DNA of 64,000 nt from an archaeon (GTDB lineage: Archaea; Aenigmatarchaeota; Aenigmatarchaeia; PWEA01; JAGHBM01): positions 350,357-414,356 of the forward strand of contig CP070662.1 of the NCBI GenBank assembly GCA_020355185.1, given 5' to 3'. A model generated the notes under the pieces. That model had not been told where the DNA came from and did no database searches. It saw only the letters and a program-made list of their open reading frames with translations. Position numbers and translations under genes: made by a program. The first letter of the stretch is position 1, and each line of letters starts with the position of its first letter. This document shows positions 10,282-18,963 of the stretch, piece after piece.

Positions 10282-11355
10282 TCACCTGGTAATTTTCAAA
10301 TGTTTTACCGTATTATAGAGTTCACCCGCCTTTTTGTTCTTTTCAAAGTATTCCCTAGCAGGTTTTATGAGTTTATTTAGCTCAACTATCACCATTTTTT
10401 TCAAGTCTAAAGGATGAAGATTTCCCTTTCTGTATATTTTCTCAAGTTCGTCGTAACTTTGTATTTCCAAGTTTCCTCCAAACTTTTCAGGCCTTTCTAT
10501 TGTTACAGAATCCTTTTCTTTGAATATTATATATTTACAATATTCTAGAAGCGGATTTCCTTCAATAACTTTTTCCGGACAGTAAGCTTTGTTTATTTTT
10601 CTCTGTAACTCTTCAAATGACTCATGCATGTATATGCAAGTCTCGGGCTTTGATTTGGACATTTTCGATGACATTAGCGCTTCTTCTTTCGTTGCACCGG
10701 ATTTCATTCCCTGTAATCCCAATAAGATATGATGGTGCACAGCCACAGGTTTTTTCCATTTCAATTTTTCTGCAACATCCCTTGCAAGCATATGTGCTCT
10801 TCTCTGGTCCATGCCCAATTGACAAATGTCTATTTTCATGTCAAATATGTCTGTAACCTGCATTGAAGGATAGAATAACTGGGCAGTATTTATTATATCC
10901 CCTTCCTGTCTGCCCATAATAGTCAGGCATCTTTTAGTCCTGCTTAAGGTAGTTTCTTTTGCTATTCTGAGTGTTTTATCCCAATAATCCAGCTTGTCCA
11001 TTATATCCTTTGCCCATATAATCTCTACTTTATCTGTATCTATTCCACAGGCTTTCCAGACTTCTATGAAATATTTTCCAGCTGTTCTTATTTTCTCCAA
11101 ATCTCCGTCTAGCTTGTTGTTTATAAAGCCAAAATAATCTGCCAAATAAAGTTTAAACTTGATACCAGCCTTTAACATGTTTTTAAGATTTGTGGCTCTA
11201 AGAAGACCGAAATGAATCGGAGCTACTCCACTTGGTTCAAATCCATCGTAAGCTACTGGATGGTTTTTGGTTTCAAAGGTCTGTCTAAGTTCGTCCTCCG
11301 TGATAATTTCCTCTGCAAAATCTTTTATCAAATTCACTTTTGTCTCCAAGTCCAT
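10282..11355 (-). CDS. tyrS: Tyrosyl-tRNA synthetase, archaeal type
   Basis: YDGFEPSG..HFG in the HIGH region and a KMSKS loop (KMSKSKP). C-terminal EGNPLLEYCKYI...RPEKFGGNLEIQSYDELE matches my recollection of M. jannaschii TyrRS. Confidence 0.9.
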   Translation of the reverse strand: MDLETKVNLIKDFAEEIITEDELRQTFETKNHPVAYDGFEPSGVAPIHFGLLRATNLKNMLKAGIKFKLYLADYFGFINNKLDGDLEKIRTAGKYFIEVWKACGIDTDKVEIIWAKDIMDKLDYWDKTLRIAKETTLSRTKRCLTIMGRQEGDIINTAQLFYPSMQVTDIFDMKIDICQLGMDQRRAHMLARDVAEKLKWKKPVAVHHHILLGLQGMKSGATKEEALMSSKMSKSKPETCIYMHESFEELQRKINKAYCPEKVIEGNPLLEYCKYIIFKEKDSVTIERPEKFGGNLEIQSYDELEKIYRKGNLHPLDLKKMVIVELNKLIKPAREYFEKNKKAGELYNTVKHLKITR

Positions 11356-11446
11356 GAAAGCACCGTTATTTAGTTTTAATTCTTATTATTTATATTTCAT
11401 TAAAACAGATTTTAAAGATATAACAAGTAAGTACAAAGGAGATGGC

Positions 11447-12724
11447 ATGAATCTAAAATTTCTTGGAGGTGCCGGAGAGGTCGGAAGGTCAGGCGTGCTT
11501 CTGGACACGGGAAGGGAAAAAATACTGATGGATTACGGCATAAAAATTGTCAGCCAGGCCGAGGGCCCGCTCAACGCGCCCCAGATACCCATGAAGGTCA
11601 AGCTGGCACTTGACGCCATGTTGCTTTCCCATGCGCACTTGGATCATTCCGGTTTCGTTCCTAACCTTTACAACAGGGGTTACCGCGGCCCCACCTATTC
11701 CACTGCCACCACCTTCGACCTGGCGCGGATTCTGCTGAACGACAGCATAAAGCTGGCGGATCTCAGGAACCAGGAGAAATACTTCTTCAAGAAGGATCTG
11801 AAAGTCATGGAAAAGAACGAGTACAGGATAACATACGGCCAGCAGTTTGACGTGGGAAGAACTCTGGTGGGGATCTACGATGCAGGTCACATACCGGGCT
11901 CCGTGACTTTCCACCTAAACACGGGTGAAAAGAATCTGATTTATTCCGGTGACATAAAGACCAAGGACACAGAACTTCTGAAAGGCCTTGAGCCAGTTCG
12001 CGACGAAACCGATGTCCTGATAATGGAGTCCACCTATGCGGAAAGGGAACACCCTGACAGGGAGGCCCAGGAGAGGAGGCTGGCAGAAGTCATCAGGGAA
12101 ACCCTTGAGACGGGGGGAACAGCAATGGTTCCCTGTTTTGCGGTCGGAAGAGCCCAGGAAGTGCTCCTGATTCTTGAAAAGTTCGGCCTAAACAGGTATC
12201 CGATATATCTTGACGGCATGGCGGTTGATGCGACCAAGATAATCATGAAGTACCCGGAGCTGATAAAGCAGCCCAAACGTCTGGAGAAGATATACAGTCA
12301 GATTACGAAGGTTTACAACAACGGCCAGAGAAACAAGCTGGTAAACCAGCCATGCATAATAGTCACCACCTCAGGAATGCTGAACGGCGGGCCCATAGCA
12401 CATTATCTGGAAAAGCTTTATGACAGGGAGAACTGTTCCCTGACCCTCACGGGCTACCAGGTCGAGGGTTCGGCCGGCCATACACTTATCAACACAGGGA
12501 AATACGTTACAGAGGATAAAAACCTGGGAGTAAAATGCAGGCTAAGTTTCATTGACCTGAGCGCCCACTCAGGAAGAAAAGAGCTTTTCGAATACGTAAA
12601 AATGGTGGACCCCCAGAAAGTTTTCGTTATCCACGGGGACTCCTGCGGAAAATTCGCTGGAGAACTCAGGGAGAAAGGATATGACGCCTACGCCCCGAAA
12701 ATCGGGGAAGTCTGTGATGTGTAG
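11447..12724 (+). CDS. Beta-CASP / metallo-beta-lactamase RNase (aCPSF2-like, no KH domains)
   Basis: Track ORF 11267..12724, but the first 60 codons overlap tyrS antisense. ATG at 11447 gives MNLKFLGGAGEVGRSG. HAHLDHSG motif, then beta-CASP motifs and a terminal HGD. Confidence 0.85.
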   Translation: MNLKFLGGAGEVGRSGVLLDTGREKILMDYGIKIVSQAEGPLNAPQIPMKVKLALDAMLLSHAHLDHSGFVPNLYNRGYRGPTYSTATTFDLARILLNDSIKLADLRNQEKYFFKKDLKVMEKNEYRITYGQQFDVGRTLVGIYDAGHIPGSVTFHLNTGEKNLIYSGDIKTKDTELLKGLEPVRDETDVLIMESTYAEREHPDREAQERRLAEVIRETLETGGTAMVPCFAVGRAQEVLLILEKFGLNRYPIYLDGMAVDATKIIMKYPELIKQPKRLEKIYSQITKVYNNGQRNKLVNQPCIIVTTSGMLNGGPIAHYLEKLYDRENCSLTLTGYQVEGSAGHTLINTGKYVTEDKNLGVKCRLSFIDLSAHSGRKELFEYVKMVDPQKVFVIHGDSCGKFAGELREKGYDAYAPKIGEVCDV

Positions 12725-12727
12725 ATT

Positions 12728-13738
12728 ATGATTGACGTGGATGGCTCCTATCTGGAAGGCGGCGGCCAGATTCTCAGAACTTCACTTGCCCTGTCCGCAG
12801 TCACCGGCAATCCGTGCAGAATTTTCAATATCAGGAAAGGCAGGCCCAAACCCGGCCTGAAGCCGCAGCATCAAAAGGCCGTAGAGACCGTTGCCCGCAT
12901 TTGCAACGCCCAAGTGAAGGGCAACAGAATAGGTTCTGTGAAAGTTGAATTCATTCCCGGAAGTATAACGGGCGGCAAGTTTGACGTGGATATAGGCACG
13001 GCCGGTTCCATTACTCTCCTTCTCCATGCTTTGATACCCCCCCTTCTCCACGCAAACCAGGACTCGGAAATAAATTTAACCGGCGGCACGAATGTCCTCT
13101 GGAGTCCCACCACGGATTTCTTCCGTCACGTATTCTGCAGCTTCATAGACAGGATGGGGGTAAACATCCGCATGGACGTAAGAAAGCACGGTTTTTATCC
13201 CAGGGGCGGCGGGAAGGTCAGACTTAGAATACAACCCAACACCAAATTAAAGACCTTAAGTCTGACCAGAAGAGGGAGAATGGAGAGGATAGATATATGG
13301 TCGATATCCTCCAAGGACCTCAAGGAAAAAAGAGTGGCTGAGAGACAGCTTGAAGCCTTCAGGGAGGTTCTCAGGGTAAAGGGTCACGAGCACTTGGTAT
13401 ATGTGGACGCACTTTCCACAGGAACCTCAGTTCACGCCCATGCCCATTACAGCAATACGAAGCTTGGCGCCGATTTTCTGGGTGAGAGGGGCAAACCGGC
13501 CGAAAAAATAGGAAGGGAATGTGCCCTGCTTCTAAAGGGGCAGATGGACAGCGGGGCCTGCCTGGACAAATGGATGGCCGACCAGATTCTTCCTTACATG
13601 GCCCTGGCCGGAGGAGACAGGATTTATGTGGCAGAGGTAACGGACCACTGCAGGTCCAACATGTGGGTCATTGAAAAGTTTCTGCCCGTGAAATTCACCA
13701 CAGAAGAAAACATAATATCCTGCAAGAAAATAAAATAA
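12728..13738 (+). CDS. rtcA: RNA 3'-terminal phosphate cyclase
   Basis: GSYLEGGGQILRTSLALSAVTG, NIRKGRPKPGLKPQH, and catalytic His context SVHAHAHY. Lies 3 nt after the beta-CASP stop. Confidence 0.9.
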   Translation: MIDVDGSYLEGGGQILRTSLALSAVTGNPCRIFNIRKGRPKPGLKPQHQKAVETVARICNAQVKGNRIGSVKVEFIPGSITGGKFDVDIGTAGSITLLLHALIPPLLHANQDSEINLTGGTNVLWSPTTDFFRHVFCSFIDRMGVNIRMDVRKHGFYPRGGGKVRLRIQPNTKLKTLSLTRRGRMERIDIWSISSKDLKEKRVAERQLEAFREVLRVKGHEHLVYVDALSTGTSVHAHAHYSNTKLGADFLGERGKPAEKIGRECALLLKGQMDSGACLDKWMADQILPYMALAGGDRIYVAEVTDHCRSNMWVIEKFLPVKFTTEENIISCKKIK

Positions 13739-13745
13739 ACGGGGG

Positions 13746-14150
13746 TTAACTTATTTTAAGTTCTTTTCCTTTTTTCCTGCCTTTCTCTTTTTTGGGAAGC
13801 TCAACCATAAGAACCCCGTCTTTCATTTCAGCCTTTGTGGAGTCCTCTTCAACTTCAACCGGTAGGCTTATTTCCCGGTGGAAGTTTCCGTACCTTCTTT
13901 CCTGCCTGAAGTAGTTTTTCTTTTCCTCTCTTTCCTCCTCACTCTGTTCCCCTTCTATCACCAATCTGTTGTCAACTATCCTCAGAGAGACGTTCTGCTT
14001 GTCTATTCCCGGCATGTTAGCCTTTACTATGATACTTCCCTCGGTTTCAGAAAGGTCTACGGGTATACCGGACCTTATGTTGTCGAACTCTTCCCAGGGA
14101 TTCCAGTTTTCGTCTTCCCAAAAGAACCTGAACGGCCTCCTTCTTCTCAA
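13746..14150 (-). CDS. Small heat-shock protein, Hsp20/alpha-crystallin family
   Basis: Alpha-crystallin domain: VDLSETEGSIIVKANMPG ... RYGNFHREISLP ... AEMKDGVLMVELPK. Confidence 0.85.
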   Translation of the reverse strand: MRRRRPFRFFWEDENWNPWEEFDNIRSGIPVDLSETEGSIIVKANMPGIDKQNVSLRIVDNRLVIEGEQSEEEREEKKNYFRQERRYGNFHREISLPVEVEEDSTKAEMKDGVLMVELPKKEKGRKKGKELKIS

Positions 14151-14198
14151 GTAATCACCCTTTTAGTTCTTTTAAACACTAAATAGCTTTTCAGATAT

Positions 14199-14417
14199 TT
14201 AAACCTTTCTAACAATCCTCTTTATCCTGTGCGTTGGTATTTTAGTCCCGTTTCCCAGAACAAGAAACCTGTTCTTGAATTTCACAACATCCTTTCCCCG
14301 GATTAGTTTTTCATCATTCGGGGCTCCCCTATGAAGTATAACAAACTCATAATTTTGTATCTGGCCGGTCCAGATAAGCTTGTTGATTTTTTCTACAAGT
14401 TCCGATTTCATAAGCAC
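14199..14417 (-). CDS. UPF0248/DUF504 (MJ1316-type) small protein
   Basis: 72 aa with the family pattern ...ILHRGAPNDEKLIRGKDV ... IPTHRIKRI. The stop abuts the upstream MBL gene. Confidence 0.7.
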   Translation of the reverse strand: MLMKSELVEKINKLIWTGQIQNYEFVILHRGAPNDEKLIRGKDVVKFKNRFLVLGNGTKIPTHRIKRIVRKV

Positions 14418-15068
14418 TCATATGCTGTCCAGGGCCTTCTTTATGGCATCCTTTGCATAGATGTTCCTTCTGGATGCTGGTGCCCCGTGGCCCGGCAGAA
14501 GTATTTCTATATCGCCCAGATTCTTTATCTTCTGGAGCGATTTTTTCAGGGAATTATCGTCCCCTCCCTCAAGGTCGGTTCTTCCCACCCCTTCTATAAA
14601 TAAGGTGTCACCGCTTATCAGAATCTTGTTGTCAGAGTCCCAGAGGCATATCCCTCCGGGTGTATGTCCTGCGGTGTGTATAACTTCAAAGGAATACTTG
14701 CCTGTTTTTATAATATCCCCTTCCTTGAGGGTTTTGTCCGCCTTGGGCGGCTCGTAGGGGATTTCATAAGTCTCGACCAGGGTCCCTTTACCGCTTTCCA
14801 GGGCTTCCCTGTCCCTTTCGTGTATCAGGACCCGGGCTCCGGTTATCCTTTTCCATTCCCTGGTTCCGCCGCAATGGTCAAAATGAGCGTGAGTAATTAC
14901 TATGGTCTTGATTTTTTTGGGGTCCAGTCCGTATTCCTCCATCTGGTCCAGGGTTTCCTTGATAAACATACCGCTGCCGCAGTCTATAAGCAATTCGTTG
15001 TTTATGCAGAACATGTTGGAATCAAATTCTGCTCCGTCTATCAGGAATATGCTGTCGTTTATCTTCAT
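14418..15068 (-). CDS. MBL-fold metallo-hydrolase (glyoxalase II-like)
   Basis: VITHAHFDHCGG, HTAGHTPG, GDTLF, LPGHG. Confidence 0.85.
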   Translation of the reverse strand: MKINDSIFLIDGAEFDSNMFCINNELLIDCGSGMFIKETLDQMEEYGLDPKKIKTIVITHAHFDHCGGTREWKRITGARVLIHERDREALESGKGTLVETYEIPYEPPKADKTLKEGDIIKTGKYSFEVIHTAGHTPGGICLWDSDNKILISGDTLFIEGVGRTDLEGGDDNSLKKSLQKIKNLGDIEILLPGHGAPASRRNIYAKDAIKKALDSI

Positions 15069-15138
15069 TCCTCCTCACCCTTCCAAATAAAAGAAGTACT
15101 TTCATTCTTAAAAAGGTTACAGCAAAAGCTTTTTAAAT

Positions 15139-16002
15139 TCATTTTAACTTTCTGTACATCTTTCTGTAGGCATCTAGGCCGGCCCTGACGACCTCTCTTA
15201 TCTCCTTTTCGTGGTTTTTAACCCCGGGTCTGACATCTTCCAGCTCCTTTACCACCTTTTTGCATTCCTTTTCCACAAGGTCGGGAATTCCGAAAGGTCG
15301 TTTCAGCTCCTTCAGGTACTTCGGCGATTTTAGCTTGAATGGTATCCACATATTATTGTAACCGATGTAAAGAATCATAGCCCTTGCCAGGTTAAGTCTC
15401 CCTACCTTTATCCGCTTACTTCCGGAAGCGGAAGCCAGTCTCTTATGCTCAAAAATCTCCTCTTCAAAACCGTTTTCTATGAGTATCGTGTCCACTATCA
15501 GATCCTTCATACAAAGTATGAAGAAAGTAACCAGCTTTACAAGATCATTGAGCACCTGTTCATAGTTCTCGCCTATTCTCTCCAGAGTCTTTATTATAAA
15601 AGGCCACTGTTTTTTCCCGACCTCAGATATCCTGGGTTCTATGCCCTCTGATTTTACTATGGTATGCATGAATTCATGGGCGATGAGTCCTGTTGCGTAA
15701 CCCCTGTTTTTTATATTCGGATCCTTCAAGTTAATCATTATCTTGACCTTGTTTCCTTCCTGGACGGAGAATGAAGATACGCTCTCGGAAAGCCAGTATT
15801 CCATCTTGTCATACCTCCTGCCGGAATACATTCTCTCGGGATTTGCGATGTCCAGAAAGGCCTCCTTTGGGTTCTCGGTGAAAAGAAAGGCGACTTCCCT
15901 GAATTTTGGGATCCCCAGTCTCTTTACAACTTCGTTTACCAGCGGATAAAGGTCCTTCTTGACAAAATTCCTGTTGCTATCGGTTTTCTTGACCAGCTTC
16001 AT
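15139..16002 (-). CDS. Hypothetical protein with HExxH motif (putative zinc metallopeptidase)
   Basis: 287 aa with GLIAHEFMHTIV and no other recognisable feature. ATGA overlap with the porA stop. Confidence 0.5.
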   Translation of the reverse strand: MKLVKKTDSNRNFVKKDLYPLVNEVVKRLGIPKFREVAFLFTENPKEAFLDIANPERMYSGRRYDKMEYWLSESVSSFSVQEGNKVKIMINLKDPNIKNRGYATGLIAHEFMHTIVKSEGIEPRISEVGKKQWPFIIKTLERIGENYEQVLNDLVKLVTFFILCMKDLIVDTILIENGFEEEIFEHKRLASASGSKRIKVGRLNLARAMILYIGYNNMWIPFKLKSPKYLKELKRPFGIPDLVEKECKKVVKELEDVRPGVKNHEKEIREVVRAGLDAYRKMYRKLK

Positions 16003-17176
16003 AACAACCAGTATCTCTTGGGTTTATTTTCAAGGGACATCTTTTCGTATATCTCTAGGAAATCCTTCAGTCCTGTATGTGTTCCGCCCAGGCTGACTAT
16101 GAAGTCGGAAACCAGGGCTTCGTTATCGTAAAGGGCGGCTTTTATTTCCGGGAACACTATGCCTCCGTAACCGGGGGCAACATTGTTGTCTATAACCGCG
16201 ACTTTTTTCACGTCTTCCAGGGCTTTTTTTATTTCCTCTTCCGGGAAAGGCCTGTAAGTTCTTAATCTCAGCAACCCGACCTTCTCTCCCCTTTCCCTGA
16301 GTCTGTTTACGGTTTCCTTAACGGTGGTGGATATGGCCCCGGTGCTGACAAAAGCGAACTTGGCGTCATTCATTCTGTACTCTTCCAAAAGGCCGTAATT
16401 TCTTCCAAACTTTTTTCCAAATTCCTTCCCGACTTCCTCTATCTTCTTTTTGGAATTAAGCTGTGCTTTATGATGCTGTGCCCTGAACTCCATGTAATTC
16501 CTGCCCATGGCACCCACCCCCTGGCACATGGGTTCCTTCGGGTCCAGGACGACTTTTGGTCTGTATTTTGGCAGGAACTTGGCCACCTCAAACCTGTCCG
16601 GTATCTCCACCGGTTCCCTCGTAAAGGAGTGTATGAATCCTTCCATGTTTACCAGGGCCGGAAGCAAAACGTCTTCATTCTCGCATATTTTGTAAGCCTG
16701 GATAATGGTATCCAGGACTTCTTGGTTGTTCTGGGAAAAAAATATGAGCCATCCAGCATCCCTCATGGCCAGAATATCGTTTTCATCCGTCCACAAGGTT
16801 ATCGGTGCCGACAAACCCCGCGAGACATTAACCATCACAATCGGCAGTCTCATTCCTGCGGCCACATACATAACCTCGTGCATATACAGCGTTCCCTGAG
16901 AACTGGACGCCGTGAAAGTCCTTACTCCAGATGCCTGGGATCCTATGCACGCTGACATGACCGAGTGTTCCCCTTCAACATCCACGAATTCCCCCCTCCA
17001 TTCCCCGTCTACCTTCCACTTGGCCAGCTTTTCTATCAGCTCGGTTTCCTCATCTAGTTAGATTAACCAACTAAATTTTGAGGTGTAATCGGAAAGTTTG
17101 GTACAACTTTCACATCACAGAGACGAACTGCCCAAGCCGCGGCGGTATTACCGTCCATTAACGTCTTTTTGGTCAT
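15999..17176 (-). pseudogene. porA: Pyruvate:ferredoxin oxidoreductase alpha subunit; reading frame interrupted near codon 38
   Basis: 5' piece 17176..17066 encodes MTKKTLMDGNTAAAWAVRLCDVKVVPNFPITPQNLVG then TAA. The rest (open from 17057; track ORF 15999..16985) continues in another frame: LDEETELIEKLAKW...VDVEGEHSVMSACIGSQASGVRTFTASSSQG. Together they give a full-length PorA. Confidence 0.8.
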
Positions 17177-17225
17177 GTTTTAACAATAGTTAATTTTAAA
17201 TATATAAAACCATAAAAGACATTAT

Positions 17226-18530
17226 ATGTCACAACATATATTTCTAAATTCTAACTGGAAAGAGATAGTTGATAAGTTTAATATACCAGAAGAGTTCGTA
17301 TTACCTACGGAGAGATATTTTAAATCACATGAAAAAAATAAGCCTAATTTAAGAAAAAAATTTTTCAAAAAAGCTTTAAACGCCAAAGCTATTAGAAAAT
17401 TGGATTCTTTTAGTCTATCCCCCCAGACTAAATTTAATGTGAAATATAACTATGTTAAGTTAAAGAAAAATGAAGGTTTCATAAGATGGGATAAATTAAC
17501 TCAAAGAGAAAGAAAAGAAGAAAAAATTTATGCAGCTAAAAACTGGAGAACGGACTTGATTGAAAAACCCAAACTAAATGTAAATTTACATACTCCAGAA
17601 GGGATTAGAATTAGAATGCATATAAGAGGAGATGGTGGCATAGATAAAAATGCCAGAGTTTTTTATTTTAATAACGAAAGAAATCTTCTTGAAGAGTTTA
17701 TAAAAGATGCAATTTCTTTGTTTGGGAAATGTAGATATTCCATAGTAGACGACAGAAAAAAAGTTTACCTATCAAAAACGGTATCAAGAATTTTTACAGA
17801 TAACTTAGGCTACAGGTTAGGTAGAGAAATAGCACACGATATAGGTATAGACAAAGATATAATAAATGCAAAAAGAGAACTAAAGTCACATGCTATTAGA
17901 AGTTATTTTGACGACGAGGCAAGATTTCATTCAAATTCAATAGAAGTTGTAAGATCAAAAGATATGAGTTACATAGATAGAAATAAATTGAAGAAAATCA
18001 TCAGTAATCCAAGGAAATACTATCATTTTGCCCCTAAAGTATTATTGGATTTAAGGGAAATGTTGAAAGATTTTCAAATAAAAACTTCTTTGCCTTATTT
18101 TTACAAAGGAGACTTGCTAGTAACAGTAGATCCGTATAATAATCTTAGATTATCGGTTGGTTGGAGGTTTAGGATAACATCAGAAGAGAACATTAAAAAA
18201 TACCAACAAGAGATTGGTTTCAACCACAACAAAAAAAGAAAGTTAATAGAAGATTATTTAAAGAATATAAAAGTACATAAATCTGAAAGAAATAAAGCTT
18301 GGGAACTAGCTTTGATCAAATGCAAAGAATTGGAAAAGAAAGAAAAGCCAATATCAATTAAAAATCTTTCTTTTGTTTCAGAAAGGAGTGAAAAGCAGAC
18401 AAGAAGATGGATAAAGACCTTAGAGAAGAAAAATTTAATAGAACTTGCCAAAGGAAGAGACGTTAAACAAGGCTTAGATGGAAGATTTGTTGGCGGTTCC
18501 GAATATTTTGAATACAAACTAAAGAAATAA
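17226..18530 (+). CDS. Free-standing double-motif LAGLIDADG homing-endonuclease-like protein with C-terminal wHTH-like tail (likely mobile)
   Basis: 434 aa. LAGLIDADG-type motifs IRMHIRGDGGI and IRSYFDDEARF about 90 aa apart. Markedly AT-rich and Lys/Asn-rich compared with flanking genes. Confidence 0.75.
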   Translation: MSQHIFLNSNWKEIVDKFNIPEEFVLPTERYFKSHEKNKPNLRKKFFKKALNAKAIRKLDSFSLSPQTKFNVKYNYVKLKKNEGFIRWDKLTQRERKEEKIYAAKNWRTDLIEKPKLNVNLHTPEGIRIRMHIRGDGGIDKNARVFYFNNERNLLEEFIKDAISLFGKCRYSIVDDRKKVYLSKTVSRIFTDNLGYRLGREIAHDIGIDKDIINAKRELKSHAIRSYFDDEARFHSNSIEVVRSKDMSYIDRNKLKKIISNPRKYYHFAPKVLLDLREMLKDFQIKTSLPYFYKGDLLVTVDPYNNLRLSVGWRFRITSEENIKKYQQEIGFNHNKKRKLIEDYLKNIKVHKSERNKAWELALIKCKELEKKEKPISIKNLSFVSERSEKQTRRWIKTLEKKNLIELAKGRDVKQGLDGRFVGGSEYFEYKLKK

Positions 18531-18533
18531 GTT

Positions 18534-18677
18534 TCATTTGTTTTTCACCTTCTCCTCTTTCTCAAGAACCACGGGTCCCCTGTAGCCGCAGTCATTGCAC
18601 CTGTAAATTATTCCCAGATTGCCTCCAAGCCAGAGGTAAATGTTTTTACTTTTGCACTTTGGGCAAATCTTTGCCAT
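18534..18677 (-). CDS. Possible 47-aa zinc-ribbon protein
   Basis: MAKICPKCKSKNIYLWLGGNLGIIYRCNDCGYRGPVVLEKEEKVKNK has two CxxC pairs. Its start overlaps the last 32 nt of porD in another frame. Below the track size cut-off. Confidence 0.5.
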   Translation of the reverse strand: MAKICPKCKSKNIYLWLGGNLGIIYRCNDCGYRGPVVLEKEEKVKNK

Positions 18678-18963
18678 GCAAATCCCTCTCCATCTCTATT
18701 GCCTTTACTAGGCAGTTTACCGCGCAGATGCCGCAGCCCTTGCATATTTCATAATCAAATTCCGGTCTACCATCTTTGTCCAGCCCCACTGCGTTCTCCG
18801 GGCAGAGTTGCCAGCAGAGTCTGCACTTTATGCACTTTTCGTTACGCACGGGCTTGAAGATTCTCCAGGTCCCGGTGTTAAGTCTCTTTGCTTCTGAGGC
18901 CCTTATGACCGGAATGCCTTCTGCCCCCCTGTACTTTATCTGGTGCTCCTCAATCATTTTCAC
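18646..18963 (-). CDS. porD: Pyruvate:ferredoxin oxidoreductase delta subunit (2x[4Fe-4S] ferredoxin)
   Basis: CIKCRLCWQLCPENA and CKGCGICAVNC cluster motifs. 4-nt overlap with porG. Confidence 0.9.
   Translation of the reverse strand: MKMIEEHQIKYRGAEGIPVIRASEAKRLNTGTWRIFKPVRNEKCIKCRLCWQLCPENAVGLDKDGRPEFDYEICKGCGICAVNCLVKAIEMERDLHGKDLPKVQK

Noticed and set aside
11267-11446. 60-codon N-terminal extension of the beta-CASP ORF
   Set aside because: It overlaps the tyrS 5' end antisense. The conserved MBL N-terminus starts at the ATG at 11447.
17058-17065. Programmed +1/-1 ribosomal frameshift as an explanation for split porA
   Set aside because: The incoming frame terminates at 17065-63, before the outgoing frame opens at 17057. 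No single-step slip can connect them, and no slippery heptamer is present.
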